A stretch of DNA of 58,397 bases from Macrostomum lignano (lineage: Eukaryota): positions 1 to 58,397 of the forward strand of contig NIVC01004141.1 in NCBI GenBank assembly GCA_002269645.1, in the 5' to 3' direction. The position numbers and the translations under genes were made by a program. The stretch's first letter is position 1; every line of letters begins with the position of its first letter. Under the pieces are notes generated by a model. It was given only the letters and a program-made list of their open reading frames with translations. It did not search any database and had not been told where the DNA came from. Shown here piece after piece: positions 36,897 through 48,932 of the stretch.

Positions 36897-39545
36897 TCAC
36901 TCCAGGGAGCCCGCGCTGGCCTGCAGCTCCTGCCGTTTTGACGCCAGCAGCAGTGGAGGCGGGCGCGGCGCCGTCGGGTTCACCGGCACAGGAATGCGCG
37001 ACGCGCCACCGAAGCTGGCCGCCGACAACGACGTCGACTGCAGCGACGCGCGTCGCCCACCGCGGCTGGGCAAAGGCGACTGCGTGGTCTGGGTCTTCCT
37101 CTTCGACGGAGGCGTCGGCGAAGGAGTCGGCTGCTGAGTCCGGCTGAGCGGCCGAAGGTCTCGAAGGTCGGCGAGGCCCTGCCGCTCGACGCCGCCTCGC
37201 GCCGACTTTTTCTGCCCCTCCGCCTTCGCTACCGCCGCAGCCGCAGCCGCGGCCGCGCTCGCCACCTCCGTCATTGACAAAGTTGGCGCGCTCATCTTCC
37301 TCCGCTGCTGCTGCCGCTGACGGTCGCCGTCTGGACGGTCGATAGCAGCGGCGGTCGCAGCAGAGTCTCTCGAGTCATTGTCGTCCTTGACGCCGGCGGT
37401 CGCTGCCGGTGATTGGGTGAGGAGCCGCCTGCGGCGCTCGCGCTCCTCCCGGTGGCCGACTGGCACCCCGGAGCGAAGGCAGCCCGCGGCGGCGTCAGAG
37501 GAAGTCGCGGAGGTCGCAGCGGCCGCCTCCCTCCGGCAGGGGTCGTGCTTGAGCAGCAGGTGCTCCAGCGAGTCCCAGCCGCCGCCTACACGGACCATCA
37601 CGTGATTGCGCAACACCTGAGAGCGTGAATTAGGTTGGGAGTTGCAGTTAGAGGAGATCGTACCTACTGAAGAGTAGTAAGGAAAGAATGTAGAGCGAAT
37701 CTCTTATAGTGCACTGATCTTTAGATAGAAGTTCGAACGTGTGCGTCCCCAGGTGAGGTCCTTTCAATAATTGTAGTGCATCCAAGTAGCCCAGTAAGTC
37801 AAAGTATCGAAGGGTTTTTGAGTTTGACAAACGAAACCGTCCCTAAAACTAACGTTTCCGCTCTTTGGAAAAGAAGCAGAGAGCATTTACCCGAACAAAG
37901 ATGAGCATCTGCGAGTCGCCGAACAGGTACTTGCCCTCGTCCAGCCGTTTCATGGGGAACTTTTCCTCGCAGCCGCACTCGCTGACCAGCTCGCGAACCT
38001 GCGGAGGAGGATGGCGATTCTACAGGAACATTGGCTACGCTGCTTTAACAAGGACGCTGTATAGGTTTCACCTTGAGTTACGTCAGTTACAACCGATACA
38101 GCCTGCCTAGTCTAACTGTAATCCAACCAAAGTTTAAAACTGCTGCTTCCAGAGTCAAATTTTAGAAAGTTCAACCAGGGAAATTCGGCATTAGTATTAG
38201 TATATGTAAGGATCATCTGCTGACTGCATGCTGAATTTTAAGCGTCAGTCTGAATTCAGTCCGGAAGTGCAGGGCAATTTAAAATTATTGCGTATAAACG
38301 CGACTGCAGAATTATTGACGATTTGATCAATTGGATCATCGGACTTTGAATAGTTATCCTGGGAAATAAAATTGATGGATTGCTAATCTAACCAGCATCA
38401 CGGATGCAGGAATGGAATGGATTGCTAATCTAGCCAACATCACGGATGCAGGAATGGAATGGATTGCTAATCTAGCCAACATCACGGATGCAGGAATGGA
38501 ATGGATTGCTAATCTAGCCAACATCACGGATGCAGGAATGGAATGGATTGCTAATCTAGCCAACATCACGGATGCAGGAATGGAATGGATTGCTAATCTA
38601 GCCAACATCACGGATGCAGGAACAGAATGGATTGCTAACCTAGCCTACTAAGAAGCGCCTGTCTATGCTCAGAAAGAGTCATCAATCATCCATGAGTCCC
38701 CCTAACCCAGGCAGAATCCCCGAAGCCGGTCTCACCAGCTCGTCCAGCGATTTCAGGTCGCACTGCCATCTTCTGTTACGTCGTCTTTGAAGCTCCGTGA
38801 CCGGCGCCGCTTCCGACGGAGTTGCCTCAGCGGCTGGCGGCTGCTCAGTCGGACCGTCCTCGACAGACGCCGGCGACCGCGGCTCCTCGGACTGCTCCGG
38901 CACCGACTGCAGGGAGTTGCTGGCCGGGGAGGCCAAGCCGGAGTCTGAGCAGGTCGGGCTGCTCTTCATCAGCTCGGCCTCGATCTCTTGCTCGAAGTGC
39001 ACCAGCTCGGGCACATCCAGGCCGAACCGAGCCCCGGCCCTGGCCAGCTCCAGCAGGCACAGCACCACACTGCGTGGGTTCTTCCTGCCAACCAGGTCCT
39101 CAGTCTCGAACAGGACACAGTTGTGCAGGCCGAGCGCGCGGCACCAGCCGATGAAGCAGGCGATGCTGTCGCGAGCCATGAAGCTGCCGGGCGGGGCGCG
39201 CGGCCGAACCGGTGGCGCCGCGTGCGGCAGGCGGAGAGGCGGCGCCCCGGAGCGCAGCGGTCGGAGCAGGGTTGACGCGGCGGCAGCGCTGGAGCTGAGC
39301 TGGTCAGCGGCGGCTGCCTGCACCATGGCAGCGTGGCGGCACAGCAGCGCGCCGGAGTCCAGGCCGGCCAGGAAGCCCTCCTGGTCGTCGCCGGGGAGGT
39401 CGCAGTCGTGCAGGCAGGAGAGCCAGTCGGCCAAGTCGGCGATCATCGCCTGTAGGAAGGCCTCGCCGCTGCTGAATCCACGCACGCTTGACTGCTGCGG
39501 CGGCGGCGGCTGTTGTGGCAGCGGCTCCGTTGAGTTGGCCGTCAT
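36897..39545 (-). CDS. GAS2: GAS2-family cytoskeletal linker (calponin-homology plus GAR domain), 545 aa
   Basis: complement(join(36897..37616,37891..37998,38736..39545)), both introns phase 0. CH motifs [68 protein letters not shown]; GAR motif [29 protein letters not shown]|[31 protein letters not shown]2 versus GAS2L not resolved. Confidence 0.93.
38376..38645. repeat. 42-bp minisatellite x6 in GAS2 intron 1
   Basis: GGATTGCTAATCTAGCCAACATCACGGATGCAGGAATGGAAT. Confidence 0.95.
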
Positions 39546-39649
39546 GGATGGCGCTGCTGGGATTCAGCCTGGGGGAAACGTCAATGAAATAGAGACAGGA
39601 TTTATTGAGCTCAGTTCCGCGAAGTTTAGTGATCTGCGAACAGATTTCT

Positions 39650-40085
39650 GACACCCTGAAGGGCGAAGGACAATCGCTCTTTCAGGGTGCTCTCTAAGAC
39701 CACTCAGAAAAAAACACTACTCGCACTTGCAGGTGGGCTGCGGGCACCCTGGCGCAACGCCTTCGGCGACATCGTCCCACAGCCAGCGCTTACGGCAATT
39801 CTGCCCATCCCGCTGACTCCTGAACACATGCAAGCGCACCAATACTGTACGCGGGCACGCACTCATGCACACGCTCACACAGGGTGTACATCGGTCTGAC
39901 TTTCCAACCGTCAGGCATGTACACTCTGTGTGTCTTGGGGGTTGGCCCTCATGACTGTGAATTGCATGACAACCCGGCCAAGGCCGGCCAATTTTCGTGC
40001 ACACCAGCCCCAAATGAATCAAATCAGTTTGCGCGCGGAATCGAACCAGGGGTCGTGTCGCGGGAGTCAAAGACCACTCAGTCAC
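39650..40085 (-). mobile_element. tRNA-headed SINE-like element
   Basis: Minus-strand head with TGACTGAGTGGT (A-box-like) and GGTTCGATTCC (B-box), followed by a body shared with 24230-24360 and 44145-44520. Confidence 0.6.
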
Positions 40086-40159
40086 TTCATACTGTAAATC
40101 ACTCAACCAATTTGTCACCTCAGTCATCCTTAAAGGCGCATTTGTGTAGTTATTCTATA

Positions 40160-40778
40160 AGACATTCAGTCACTCTGGAGACATTCAGTCACTCTGCAGA
40201 CATTCAGTCACTCTGCAGACATTCAATCACCCTGCAGATATTCAGTCACTCTGGAGACATTCAGTCACTCTGCATGCATCAGTCACTCTTCAGATATTCA
40301 GTCACTCTGCATGCATCAGTCACTCTTCAGATATTCAGTCACTCTGCATGCATCAGTCACTCTTCAGACATTCAGTCACTCTGCATGCATCAGTCACTCT
40401 TCAGATATTCAGTCACTCTGCATGCATCAGTCACTCTTCAGATATTCAGTCACTCTGCATGCATCAGTCACTCTTCAGACATTCAGTCACTCTGCATGCA
40501 TCAGTCACTCTTCAGACATTCAGTCACTCTGCATGCATCAGTCACTCTTCAGACATTCAGTCACTCTGCATGCATCAGTCACTCTTCAGACATTCAGTCA
40601 CTCTTCAGACATTCAGTCACTCTTCAGACATTCAGTCACTCTGCAGACATTCAGTCACTCTGTAGACATTCAGTCACTCTGCAGACATTCAGTCACTCTG
40701 CAGACATTCAGTCACTCTGCAGACATTCAGTCACTCTGCAGACATTCAGTCACTCTGCAGACATTCAGTCACTCTACA
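40160..40778. repeat. 18/19-bp minisatellite (CAGTCACTCTGCAGACATT)
   Basis: Direct reading. Confidence 0.96.
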
Positions 40779-41334
40779 TCACAGTATGCTGTTTCTCAGT
40801 CTGTTTCACTGATTGAAAACGAGAGAACGCCCTAAAATCCAATGCGAATGACTCAGCGCACCTAAAAGAGTGAAGCATCGCCCTATTTATGAGCAGTGCC
40901 TGAGCACGCAGATGCAGAGCTAGCAAGTTGCACTTCAATACTATGGCTATTTAACTATTAATGAGCTAGTAGGTGCGTGACAGAGTCACTGAGAAGCTTG
41001 GAAACTGACCTCGCACTCAAGGATGCAGTGGGTGGGGCTGCGTTTGAGTCTAACAAAAATTCGGCAAACTAACGGTGATGAGTCATTCCACGAAGGTCCT
41101 GGGTTCGAATTTTCAGACCACTCGTGCAAAATCTTAAGCAGCAAAACACACAGTTTGCACAAGCAGGCAAACGCAGAAACTTACCAGAGAGCCACAACAG
41201 CTTAGCAACTCGCACCCATACAGCAAATCAACCATTTATTGCGCTCGTTCATATTACGGTAAATTTATTACCTATATAATGAAATCTTAGTCAATACATG
41301 CAAATGATGGCCCCGCGCCAGTACCTCATGTATA

Positions 41335-41642
41335 TGTAACGCTATTATATATACCTCTTTATTAGAGCTAAGCCAAGAGAGGGGGGCGGAGAGTACACGA
41401 CAGGGAGCGAGAGGAGATGAGGCGGTTGCGTACAGGCGTCAAGTGGAAGAAGGGGCAGGGAAAGCCAGAGAGGACAGGGGGAGAGAGCCAGTGGGACTGA
41501 GCCTGTTACCATACAAGCGTTCGCCCGGATAAAGTGCACATGGTTATCCCAAGGGCTGTGGAGGCCCTGACAGAGGTGTACACGCTTAGACAGACAGCAT
41601 GAGGTGGGTCTCTGTGCGCCTCTGCCTTGACCCCCCATAACA
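41335..41642 (-). mobile_element. Possible solo LTR
   Basis: Minus strand TGTTA...TTACA ends with AATAAA near the 3' end; no TSD. Confidence 0.25.
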
Positions 41643-41959
41643 GACCAATAACAGCCACCTTCTACAAGCCTATTCTAGAGCTACCCTAGAAATCTCCCAG
41701 TTGCTGGGCCAGGTGATGAGGCAAATAAGAAGTGGCCTGCACGCAAGAAAATATAGCATTCCTTGTTGTTAAAGAGAAGCTGACGGGGGGCCTGATGGGG
41801 AAGGAGGGAGGATAGGAAGTACGTACATGTACAGTTGAGTCCTCGCCTATAATACTGGTAGTATGAGTAGCATATTCCACAGAGACACAGCCAAGATTTA
41901 ATAAAATGTTATAGCGACTTATTGAATAAAACCAGAGACGAGAAATTTCGGGGAAACTA

Positions 41960-43248
41960 GAATCGCTCACTGGAGAATCTCAGGGGTATAGAATCGCTCA
42001 CTGGAGAATCTCAGGGGTATAGAATCGCTCACTGGAGAATCTCAGGGGTATAGAATCGCTCACTGGAGAATCTCAGGGGTATAGAATCGCTCACTGGAGA
42101 ATCTCAGGGGTATAGAATCGCTCACTGGAGAATCTCAGGGGTATAGAATCGCTCACTGGAGAATCTCAGGGGTATAGAATCGCTGCTCACTGCGGAATCT
42201 CAGGGGTATAGAATCGCTCAATAATGGAGAATCTCAGGGGTATAGAATCGCTCAATAATGGAGAATCTCAGGGGTATAGAATCGCTCACTGGAGAATCTC
42301 AGGGGAAAGGAGAATCTCAGGGGTATAGAATCGCTCACTGGAGAATCTCAGGGGTATAGAATCGCTCACTGGAGAATCTCAGGGGTATAGAATCGCTCAC
42401 TGGAGAATCTCAGGGGTATAGAATCGCTCACTGGAGAATCTCAGGGGTATAGAATCGCTCACTGGAGAATCTCAGGGGTATAGAATCGCTGCTCACTGCA
42501 GAATCTCAGGGGTATAGAATCGCTCAATAATGGAGAATCTCAGGGGTATAGAATCGCTCAATAATGGAGAATCTCAGGGGTATAGAATCGCTCAATAATG
42601 GAAAATCTCAGGTGTATAGAATCGCTCACTGGAGAATCTCAGGGGAATGGAGAATCTCAGGTGAATGGAGAATCTATGGGGAATGGAGAATTTCAGGGGA
42701 AAGGAGAATCTCAGGCGTATAGAATCGCTCACTGGAGAATCTCAGGTGAATGGGGAATCTAAGGGGATGGAGAATCTCAGGTGAATGGAGAATCTCAGGC
42801 GTATAGAATCGCTCACTGGAGAATCTCAGGTGAATGGGGAATCTAAGGGGATGGAGAATCTCAGGTGAATGGAGAATCTCAGGGGTATAGAATCGCTCAC
42901 TGGAGAATCTCAGGGGAAAGGAGAATCTGAGGGGTATAGAATCGCTCAATAATGGAGAATCTCAGGGGAATGGAGAATCTAAGGGGATGGAGAATCTCAG
43001 GTGAATGGAGAATCTCAGGGGTATAGAATCGCTCACTGGAGAATCTCAGGGGAAAGGAGAATCTGAGGGGTATAGAATCGCTCAATAATGGAGAATCTCA
43101 GGGGAATGGAGAATCTCAGGGGTATAGAATCGCTCACTGGAGAATCTCAGGGGAAAGGAGAATCTCAGGGGTATAGAATCGCTCACTGGAGAATCTCAGG
43201 GGAAAGGAGAATCTCAGGGGTATAGAATCGCTCACTGGAGAATCTCAG
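41960..43248. repeat. 31-bp minisatellite (GGAGAATCTCAGGGGTATAGAATCGCTCACT) with shorter variant units
   Basis: Direct reading; variant block near 42180 recurs near 42487. Confidence 0.96.
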
Positions 43249-43358
43249 TCACACCTTGGAAGCAACTGAGAGATGGCAGACCAAATCTACATCAAGTCAA
43301 TCTGCAAAACAAAACAAAAAAGCTCACTTCGCAACAAAGCAAAATTGAAACTTCGAGT

Positions 43359-43737
43359 TGTTAAGGCCAGAGGAAGCGGTTATAGCTCGCTAAAAAAGCA
43401 CTGGAGTTCTCGCCGAAGCAGATTGGCGAATAGAAGGCGAAAGAAAAACACAGTTAGAGAGGAGTTGAGCCCTCTTCTATTTAGCAGACGGCCTCTCCGG
43501 CTGGAGCTATGCTATATATAATCTATGCTAAATAGCAAGCAGACCCACGAGGCCAAGCAAGACTGTCTCTCCTCCCTCTCACTTAGCCATCCATTGTTTG
43601 CCAGAGAGGGGAGGCTTCTTTCCGCTCAACGAGCCAAAGAAGGCAGCTGCGGGTGCTGCAGAGTCTCAGGCTCTCAGACCGCTCTCCTCCCCCCTGAGCT
43701 GCCTGCTCTCGAATAAAACACTTACTAAGGTATTACA
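43359..43737 (+). mobile_element. Possible solo LTR
   Basis: TGTTAAG...TATTACA ends, internal TATATATAA and AATAAA 26 nt before the end; no TSD. Confidence 0.3.
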
Positions 43738-44144
43738 ATTGTTTTGTTCGACTTCAAGCTGTTTTTCCTGAACTGCTTTAGAAATGAGCAGTATATATTA
43801 TTATATACCTTAATACAAACCTCAATCCTGACTTTGCGATTCTCACGGTCGTACAGCGACTTCGGCACTGCATTTTTGTTACGCTTGAGTTCATAAATTT
43901 ATGCTCGTAGTTGTAATTTTAGTTTTTTTTTGCTGTCAATTTGTTGCTTTCGGTTTAGCGTTGTAATAATTACAATTATGGTTGGTGCAACTCTGAGCCA
44001 GCTAGTTTGTGCTAGCAGGTGAATTTCACATATGCATGCATATAGTCTCTCCTGCAATATGGAATGAGGAATTGAAGATTAGGAATCCCAACTAGGGAAG
44101 GAATCAGGCCGAAAGTCAGGGCCGTTCGTCGAAGACGCAATTGG

Positions 44145-44520
44145 GGCCCGTGTATCCCAGTGGTCTGGCGCTGCGCTTTGATGTGCCTGCGGCCCAGGCT
44201 CAATTCCAAGTGCAGTCACATTAATTTGGGGCTAGACTGGAATCTCGGCTTGGCTCTGCTCGTGCAATTAACGGCCTTGAGAGCCAACCCCCCAAGGCAC
44301 AGTGCAGTTTACATGCCTAACGATAAATAAGTCAGGGCCGCTGTACACTCCTGTGTGAGCGTGTGCCTGTGCGTACGTATCCGCGCGCTTGTGTGCCTGC
44401 TCAGGGGAGTCGGCGGAATGGGCAGCAATGCCTCTCGCCGGTTGTGTGACAATGTCGCTTAAAGTGCGCAAGGGTGCTCACAGCCCCTGTCTCTGATAAA
44501 ATGGGGTCAAAGACAACATG
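44145..44520 (+). mobile_element. tRNA-headed SINE-like element (same family as 39650-40085)
   Basis: Degenerate tRNA-like head (CAGTGGTCT..GGCCCAGGCTCAATTCC) followed by the shared body. Confidence 0.6.
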
Positions 44521-44799
44521 GCTTATATTTTCGAGCTATTCGAAGTCAGCCTCGCTCCGAACTTGGAGAAACAATGGACACATACCGTTTGGTACAGAGA
44601 ACATTATGTTTATTTTTTTTAAATCGAAGAAAAACACTGATCAATTTGAGTGCGGAAAACTGGCCTGACTAAAGGATTTATGGCTGATGAGGATAATAGG
44701 ATTAGAGTCAGACAGAGAAATTAGATATCGGGGATAGATTAGAGACTAGGGAAAGAGATTAGACATGGGGGACAGGTTAGATACCGGTATGGTGGGAGA

Positions 44800-45285
44800 G
44801 TTTGGAGATTGGGGAGCAAGATTAGTTAATAGGGGGAGAGAGAGAGATTAGATATTCGGAAGAGAGAGATTAGGTATTTGGGAGAGAGATTAGAGATTAG
44901 AGAGAGATTAGATATTCGGGAGAGAGAGATAAGAGATGGGAGAGAGAGATTAGATATTCGGGAGAGAGATTAGAGATTAGAGAGAGATTAGATAATCGGA
45001 AGAGAGATTAGATATTCGGAAGAGAGAGATTAGGTATTTGGGAGAGAGATTAGAGATTAGAGAGAGATTAGGTATTTGGAAGAGAGATTAGAGATTAGAG
45101 AGAGATTAGATATTCGGGAGAGAGATTAGAGATTAGAGAGAGATTAGATAATCGGAAGAGAGATTAGAGATTAGAGAGAGATTAGATAATCGGGAGAGAG
45201 ATTAGATATTCGGGAGAGAGAGATAAGAGATGAGAGAGAGATTAGATATTCGGGAGAGAGATTAGAGATTGGGGAGAGACTAGAG
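44800..45285. repeat. Purine-rich compound repeat (GAGAGAGATTAGATATTCGG)
   Basis: Direct reading. Confidence 0.9.
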
Positions 45286-45967
45286 GTTTTCACAATGGCG
45301 GAGGAAGGGTTGGGGATCTAGCAGATCCAGGGAGACACTAACCAAAAGGAGCAGAGAGCAGGGGCAGTTCAGTATAGAAGAGAGAAAGCAATGATGGGAC
45401 TCAAGTGAGCTGTCGACGCACTGCTGGTAATGCCTTACTGTTAGTAATATAATTCAGATATTGTATTACCACAAGAATAATCATAAGCAGTCAAAGGAAA
45501 ATTCGCATAGCAGTAAAGAATTATGGAATATAAATTGTGAATTATTAGACGAGAGAATTATTAATCATTGATTTGGCTGAATGGCGGTGCGCTTTCGAAT
45601 ATCGCAGCAGTAGGCTGACTACGGAAAAGTACACACAGAGAGAACTGACTTCAGTAACCTGCGCTTATAATTAAACAAAAAAATAAACTTGAATAGTAAA
45701 TAAACTTAATAAATGATGAGGAATCAACTCAATTAACTTGAATGTGCGGCGTCAATCGTCAAGTGTTGGACTATCGAATGCATGAGATCAGCTGTGCTCA
45801 GTGCTAAATAGCTGAGCACAGTAGATATTAGTCACAATGGGGGGCGAAAATTCGAATGGCAGCAGATTAACAAATGTTTTCCTTCATCTTGGAATTGATT
45901 AGCACTTCATATTGGTTAGCGATTGATATTTGCACTGCTGTTGCTGGGTGAACTGTAGAACTGTCTG

Positions 45968-46360
45968 TAAGCCTCAGCTATCGATCTCTAAGCCTCAGCT
46001 ATCGATCAGCTATCGATCTCTAAGCGCCTCAGCTATCGATCTCTAAGCCTTAGCTATCGATCTCTAAGCGCCTCAGCTATTGATCTCTAAGCCTCAGCTA
46101 TCGATCAGCTATCGATCTCTAAGCGCCTCAGCTATCGATCTCTAAGCCTCAGCTATCGATCTCTAAGCCTCAGCTATCGATCTCTAAGCCTCAGCTATCG
46201 ATCAGCTATCGATCTCTAAGCCTCAGCTATCGATCTCTAAGCCTCAGCTATCGATCTCTAAGCGCCTCAGCTATCGATCTCTAAGCCTCAGCTATCGATC
46301 TCTAAGCCTCAGCTATCGATCAGCTATCGATCTCTAAGCCTCAGCTATCGATCTCTAAGA
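45968..46360. repeat. 21-bp minisatellite (AGCCTCAGCTATCGATCTCTA) just downstream of the CELF stop
   Basis: Direct reading. Confidence 0.95.
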
Positions 46361-46400
46361 CTCAGACACTCAGCCGCAGTCAGATTTCATATCGCTGAGT

Positions 46401-48897
46401 TCAGTAGGGCCGGGCCTCGCCCTTGGGCCGCTTGAGCTGCACCTTGAGCCGCTTGGTGCCGATCTGGAAGCCGTTCATCGCCTGGATGGCCGCGGCAGCC
46501 GAGGCCGAGTTGTCGAAGCTGACGAAGCCGAAGCACTTGCTCTGGTTGGTGGCCCGGTCCACGTACACCTTGGCCGAGATCACCGTGCCGAACGGGGCGA
46601 ACATCTGGGCCAGTTCCGTGTCGCCGAACTCCTGCGGCAGGTGGTAGATGAACAGGTTGCAGCCGTCGGGCCCAGTCAGGATGAAATCCTTCGAGCCCTC
46701 CTTGTGCTGCACCGGCATCGTGATGGCCTGCTGGGCCAGCGACATGAACGGGTGCGCGAACGCTGCGTTAAACCCGGCTGCAAAGCGTTTGGAGGGGGGC
46801 GGGGCGTTTCAGGAGTGTGTCTGGGAATCGCTTCAGGAGTGTGTCTGGGAATCGCTTCAGGAGTGAGGCTGGGAATCGCTTTAGGAGTGAGGCTGGGAAT
46901 CGCTTCAGGAGTGTGTCTGGGAATCGCTTCAGGAGTGAGGCTGGGAATCGCTTCAGGAGTGAGGCTGGGAATCGCTTCAGGAGTGAGGCTGGGAATCACT
47001 TCAGGAGTGTGTCTGGGAATCGCTTCAGGAGTGAGGCTGGGAATCGCTTCAGGAGTGTGTCTGGAAATCGCTTCAGGAGTGTGTCTGGGAATCGCTTCAG
47101 GAGTGAGGCTGGGAATCGCTTCAGGAGTGTGTCTGGGAATCGCTTCAGGAGTGAGGCTGGGAATCGCTTCAGGAGTGAGGCTGGGAATCGCTTCAGGAGT
47201 GAGGCTTGGAATCGCTTCAGGAGTGTGTCTGGGAATCGTTTCAGGAGTGTGTCTGGGAATCGCTTCAGGAGTGTGTCTGGGAATCGCTTCAGGAGTGAGG
47301 CTGGGAATCGTTTCAGGAGTGTGTCTGGGAATCGCTTTAGGAGTGAGGCTGGGAATCGCTTCAGGAGTGAGGCTGGGAATCGCTTCAGGAGTGTGTCTGG
47401 GAATCGCTTCAGGAGTGAGGCCAGAAGTGAGGCTGGGAATCGCTTCAGGAGTGAGGCTGGGAATCGCTTCAGGAGTGAGGCCAGAAGTGAGGCTGGGAAT
47501 TGCTTCAGGAGTGAGGCTGGGAATCGCTTCAGGAGTGAGGCTGGGAATCGCTTCAGGAGTGAGGCCAGAAGTGAGGCTGGGAATCGTTTCAGGAGTGAGG
47601 CTGGGAATCGCTTCAGGAGTGAGGCCAAAAGGGAGGCTGGGGATCGCTTCAGGAGTGAGGCTGGGAATCGCTTTAGGAGTGTGTCTGGGAATCGCTTCAG
47701 GAGTGAGGCTGGGAATCGCTTTAGGAGTGAGGCTGGGAATCGCTTCAGGAGTGTGTCTGGGAATCGCTTCAGGAGTGAGGCTGGGAATCGCTTCAGGAGT
47801 GAGGCTGAGAATCGCTTCAGCAGTGTGGCTGAGTAGCGGTCTGGGCAGTCACTCACGCAGGCTCGGGTACATGCTGGGGGACATGGCTGCCGTATAAGCC
47901 TGCTGCAGATGCTCTGAGCCTGAAAGAATCAAAAAGTAAATCATGTTACTCTTGACAAAAATATTCCATTTATTCTACTGACTAGCGCCATAAGTAGCTA
48001 AATAGGCGCATGCGCACAATAATATCCGCAAAAACTAGCGGCTTACCGGCCGTGCCAAGAAGGTGCCCCGGCATGACGCCGGCCGCGTACAGAGCAGCCG
48101 CTGTGGACGCCGCGTCGCCGGCCGCTCCGCCACCGTTGGCCACGGTGGTCGGACTGAGCATACTCGATGAGGAGACAGCCGCGCTGAGCAGCTGCTGACT
48201 CTGCTGGTGCTGCTGCAGACCGCCGCCGCCGCCGCCGCTTTGTAGCTGGAGCGCCAGAGCGGCAACTGGATTGATGTAGCCACCGCTGGGACCGCCGGCG
48301 CCGGCCTGTGAATTTTGGTTGAGAAAGATTACGTTTTTTATCGATACATATCGGCGCTGATATTTTTTCGATAAGTTTTGAAAAAAAAAACAATTTTGAA
48401 CGATTTCGATACATATCGGCGCTGATATATTTTCGATAAGTTTTGAAAAAAAACAATTTGAACGATTTCGATACATATCGGCGCTGATATCTTTTCGATA
48501 AGTTTGAAAAAAAACAATTTTTGAACGATTTCGATACATATCGGCGCTGATATCTTTTCGATAAGTTTTGAAAAAAAACTATTTTGAACGATTTCGATAC
48601 ATATCGGCGCTGATAGCTTTTCGATAAGTTTTGAAAAAAAACTATTTTGAACGATTTCGATACATATCGGCCATAAAAATCAATTTCGATACATATCGGC
48701 GCCAAATCGATTTTTTAAAATATCGGCCCTAAATTAATTTCGATACATATCGGAGACTAATTGGTGCTGCTTTTTGGCTGTGCCTGGACTCACAGTCCCA
48801 TATGTTACGGATCCGCAGGAATAAACGTAGCCAAATTTTCCTTCTGGTATGGCCAGCGCCGCGGCTCCCGCTGGATGATTTTGTCTCATGGGCACCG

Positions 48898-48932
<35 letters not shown>

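Noticed and set aside
38797-39651. Long + strand ORF opposite GAS2 exon 1; likewise 24975-25478 opposite Tob, and ORFs opposite GPR180 and CELF exons
   Set aside because: Antisense shadow ORFs expected from GC3-rich codon usage; no independent motifs.
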